Source of the DNA: Octopus vulgaris | Taxonomy: Eukaryota | Length of the DNA: 64,000 nucleotides | Direction: 5' to 3' | NCBI GenBank assembly: GCA_951406725.2 | Contig: OX597835.1 | Location: 12,338,001 to 12,402,000, forward strand | In this document: one piece after another, positions 10,561 through 64,000 of the stretch | How positions within the stretch are numbered: the first letter of the stretch is position 1 | How the letters are laid out: every line of letters starts with the position of its first letter | Position numbers and translations under genes: made by a program | The notes under the pieces: model-generated | The model's database searches: none | Seen by the model: the letters and a program-made list of their open reading frames with translations, nothing else | Told to the model about the DNA's origin: nothing

Positions 10561-11306
10561 GTGGAGGCGCAATGGCCCAGTGGTTAGGGCAGCGGACTCG
10601 CGGTCATAGGATCGCGGTTTCGATTCCCAGACCGGGCGTTGTGAGTGTTTTTTGAGCGAAAACACCTAAAAAGCTCCACGAGGCTCCGGCAGGGGATGGT
10701 GGTGATCCCTGCTGTACTCTTTCACCACAACTTTCTCTCACTCTTACTTCCTGTTTCTGTTGTACCTGTATTTCAAGGGAGACGAAAGAACTGGGTCTAA
10801 AGGTTAGTGTGGGATTAGGAGCAGGCAAGGTGAACATAAGGGGAGTGGGAGGAAGAGAGATGAGTGGGTCATGAATGCATGAGTGGTGGTGGCATGAGAC
10901 CAGCCAGATTTGAAGAACAGAGGCCATTGTAGTATCAATGGAGGCGCAATGGCCCAGTGGTTAGGGCAGTGGACTCGCGGTTTCGATTCCCAGACCGGGC
11001 GTTGTGAGTGTTTATTGAGCGAAAACACCTAAAAAGCTCCACGAGGCTCCGGCAGGGGATGGTGGTGATCCCTGCTGTACTCTTTCACCACAACTTTCTC
11101 TCACTCTTACTTCCTGTTTCTGTTGTACCTGTGCTTCAAAGGGCCGGCCTTGTCACTCTGTGTCACGCTGAATATCCCCGAGAACTACGTTAAGGGTACA
11201 CGTGTCTGTGGAGTGCTCAGCCACTTACACGTTAATTTCACGAGCAGGCTGTTCCGTTTATCGGATCAACCGGAACCCTCATCGTCGTAACCGACAGAGT
11301 GCTTCC
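10561..11306 (+). mobile_element. tRNA-derived SINE family A, composite copy with a captured internal segment
   Basis: Head GGAGGCGCAATGGCCCAGTGGTTAGGGC...TTCGATTCCC occurs twice; TSD AGATTAATAA at 10551-60 and 11307-16. Confidence 0.8.
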
Positions 11307-11850
11307 AGATTAATAACTTTAACACATTCCTGTTTTGGTGGGTGGGGGTTAACGACGGCTTCGTTATTTCACGTCTAAATCTGTAAACACGCATAATCTT
11401 TCTTTCAGAAAATATTAAGGCTCATTTTCGTTTTCACGATAAACCAAAGTGTTTTGTTAAATCTGATGGCAAACTGGCAGAATCGTTAGCACACCGGGCA
11501 AAATTATTCTGGCTTCAAATTCCACCGAGGTCGACTCTGCTTTTCATCCTTTCGGGCTCGATAAAATAAGTACCAGTTGAACACTGGGGTCGATGTAAAT
11601 AACTTACTCCCTCTCCCGAAATTGCTGGTCTTGTGTGCTAAAATGTTAAGCCATTATTCTTAATCTTGAGATGTTATAGTCTTATGAGACGAAATCATCG
11701 CAGGAGTGGCTGTGTGGTAAGTAGCTTGCTTACCAACCACATGGTTCCGGGTTCAATCCCGCTGCGTGGCACCTTGGGCAAGTGTCTTCTACTATAGCCT
11801 CGGGCCGACCAAAGTGGATTTAGTAGACGGAAACTGAAAGAAGCCCGTCG

Positions 11851-11965
<115 letters not shown>

Positions 11966-12352
11966 GTACATATATATACGTGTGTATGTGTTTGTGTGTC
12001 TGTGTTTGTCCCCCAGCCCCTACCATCGCTTGAAAACCGATGATGGTGCGTTTACGTCCCCGAAACCTAGCGGTTCGACAAGTCCTGGGGGTCGATTTGC
12101 TGGCGAAAGGTCACAGCTCCGATAATACAGACATGTGATTAAAATGTCGCTGGAGAGAATCTCAAAACAGATTCTTCAAGCCGGGCCAAGTGGCAAGAGA
12201 CCTCGGAACTGACCAAGAACGAAATGGTTGGAGAATATCCACTGTCTTAATTGGCCTGGGCTTGGGAATCCAGCCAGAAAATGTAATGCTTCTGAAAGGA
12301 CCTTATGGAAACGGGTATTAGTTAGTACCCGATCACATGTAGTGTGGGCGGA

Positions 12353-12733
12353 GAAGCACTCCGTCGGTTACGACGACGAGAGTTCCGGTTGATCCGAATC
12401 AACGGAACAGCCTGCTCGTGAAATTAACGTGTAAGTGGCTGAGCACTCCACAGACACGTGCATCCTTAACGTAGTTCTCGGCGATATTCAGCGTGACACA
12501 GAGAGTGACAAGGCCGGCCCTTTGAAATACAGGTACAACAGAAACAGGAAGTAAGAGTGAGAGAAAGTTGTGGTGAAAGAGTACAGCAGGGATCACCACC
12601 ATCCCCTGCCGGAGCCTCGTGGAGCTTTAGGTGTTTTCGCTCAATAAACACTCACAACGCTCAGTCTGGGAATCGAAGCCGCGATCCTACGACCGCGAGT
12701 CCGCTGCCCTAACCACTGGGCCATTGCGCCTCC
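12353..12733 (-). mobile_element. SINE family A, full-length copy
   Basis: Homology to the 10940-11306 copy; TSD CATGTAGTGT at 12336-45 and 12737-46. Confidence 0.85.
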
Positions 12734-12968
12734 ATGCATGTAGTGTATCGTTTCTCTCACAAAACAGCGAGATCACATAAATGAAAGGGAATAAATGGAA
12801 ATCGGTTTTTGTCTGCTGGTCATTGATTTCGGTCTTTGGTTCTGATTTTGAGCCGCATAAAATGTCTGGGCCGCAATAATGCCTTTCATTTCAAACACAT
12901 CGTACGCAAGCATCTACCAAGCGAAGAAAATATTCTAGAATTGTGAGGTTTGATATGTTGTATCCGAT

Positions 12969-13014
<46 letters not shown>

Positions 13015-13100
13015 GAAAATTCGCGTGGCACCTTGGCCAAATGTCTACTACTATAGCCTTTGAATGGATTTGGTAGACGGAAACTGAAAGAAGCCCGCCG

Positions 13101-13133
<33 letters not shown>

Positions 13134-14236
13134 TTATCCCCCCCAACATCGCTTGACAACTGATGCTGGTGTGTTTACGTCTCCGTAAGTTAGCGGTTCG
13201 GCAAAAGGCACCGATAGAATAAGTACTAGGCTTACAAAGTCCTGGGGTCGATTTCCTCGACTAAAGGAGGTGCTCCAGCATGGCCACAGTCAAATGACTG
13301 AAACAAGTAAAAGAGAGTAAAAGAGTATATATATATATATATATACGCGCGCTCGCGCGTGTATATGTATGTATACGTGTGTATATATACGTATATATAT
13401 ACGTGTATATATATACGTATATATGTATACGTGTGTATATATACGTGTGTATATATACGCGCGCTCGCGCGTGTATATGTGTGTGTGTGTGTGTGTACGC
13501 ATAGTACCAATGGCTGGTTCACAATCCCCAACATGTTAGAAATAGCAGGAAGAGTTATAACCATGGTACACTCAAAGAAACGCGCACACACACACACTCA
13601 CTCTCTATCTCTCTCTTTCTCTCCCCCTCTCTCTCTCTCTCTCACTATCTATCTCTTCTCTCTCTCTCTCTCTCTGTTGTAAAGTCTTATGTCCCATCAT
13701 GCTTGAAATAGCAGTAAATCACACACGCACGAACAGTCCCGTGAAGAGTGACCTCCCTTGCACCGTCAACCGAAAAAGCGCCAAGCGATTTCCCCTCTGT
13801 CGAAAAATTCTAGGTTCGTAGCTTACGACTGACGCTGCAGTGTGACCCGATAAAACTCCTCGACAATCGGTTAATTTAGATGTAAACATGATTCCATTAA
13901 CTTTTATGAATTCCGTTGAAATCCTTCCTGCAATAAAAAGCGAACGACGGGCACCGACTTTACACAATACAGGAAATTATCTCTGGTCGCTTACGGACGA
14001 AATAACACTAATACACGTAGTACTTTAAAATGGCTTTATACAGCTTTAATTAAATACCAAATAAATATTATAAAGCAAAAAAAAAGGATATCTATTTAAT
14101 CTCACATCAATTTTTAATAGCATTTTTTTAAAAACACCTCATTCAGTTACTATAACGCACACACACGCAGGCGCACACACAGACACAAACGCAAACACAC
14201 AGACAACGTGGTAGTGTTTCTAAGCGACCTTCACTA

Positions 14237-14246
14237 CCGCCATATT
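14237..14246 (+). promoter_or_regulatory. YY1-like motif in the CpG-containing proximal promoter/5' UTR of Brr2
   Basis: CCGCCATATT matches the CCGCCATNTT consensus about 100 bp upstream of the ATG, which has a strong Kozak context (gccATGG). Confidence 0.35.
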
Positions 14247-14341
14247 TATGTTGTGACGGAGTCGGCGAAATTTTATCCTCGATTCTTAATTAATTAACTA
14301 ATTAATAACTGCTATTTCTTATTTATTCTTAATTGATCGCC

Positions 14342-63378
<49,037 letters not shown>

Positions 63379-64000
63379 GTAAGTACATCCTATTGATCTT
63401 TTAACACTCTCTTTCTGACTCACCTTTATCGATGTCTTGTGTCTCTTTAACCCTTTAGTGTTCAGATTATTCTGTCAAATGTGATGTTTGTTTATTTAAA
63501 ATGGTTTGAATTAATCATGCATTATCTTGTAGTTTAGAGATTTCACTGATGTGATTTTTTAGTTTTAGAACGACATAGTAGGGCTGAGATGAAAGGTGAG
63601 ATCTGGTCAGTTTCAATATAAAACAGGTTAAATATTTCGGCCAGATATGGCCGGTATCAATGTCTTGTGTCTCTTTGAACACCTGAGTTGACACAAAATA
63701 TTGATAAAAAATGTGTGTGGAAGGCCCATGGCCTTGTGGCTAGCATGTTGCACTTACAATTGTCAGATTGTGGGTTCGATTCCCTGGCTGGGCAGCGTGT
63801 TGTGTTCTTGAGCAAAGCACTTCATTTCACATCACACTCCGATTTTGTAAAACCCTCAAAGGCCATGACTACCAGACAGCCTCATGGGTTGTAGGATTGT
63901 CGCCTGAGTGGTGCAGAGACATCATCTGCCAGGAGTAAGGAATCACCAATAAATGGTAGATGCAGGGACGAGTTGTCGGAGCACATGGCCCCTGCCAACC

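Noticed and set aside
10563-10635. tRNA genes at SINE heads (families A-C)
   Set aside because: Stems are broken and the heads are followed by SINE bodies with TSDs, so they are not functional tRNAs.

Overview
Repeat-rich animal genomic DNA. The SINE/MITE families and the (TA)n/(CA)n content point to a coleoid cephalopod, probably Octopus (inferred from recognition, not a database hit). Most of the window (14342-63378, + strand) holds 31 coding exons of the spliceosomal helicase Brr2/SNRNP200. They join in frame to 1463 codons, and the gene continues past the right edge. At the left end are the last two visible exons of a Ser/Thr-rich single-pass membrane protein with a mollusc-type C-terminal motif. 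Introns and intergenic DNA contain several SINE families, RTE-type LINE fragments, a decayed mariner, piggyBac-like TTAA MITEs (some in tandem arrays), non-autonomous Helitrons, a 63-bp minisatellite with a 5-mer higher-order repeat, and an 831-bp tandem duplication. The most striking unannotated signal is about 10 complete and several partial type-I hammerhead ribozyme motifs of unrelated sequence. They sit mostly in short elements inserted in (TA)n microsatellites and have palindromic stem III, as in Penelope-like elements/retrozymes. They include a fully canonical copy (6178-6261), a 118-bp palindrome encoding a hammerhead on each strand (3097-3214), and a tRNA-headed hammerhead element present as a head-to-head inverted pair in a Brr2 intron (about 53031-53487).
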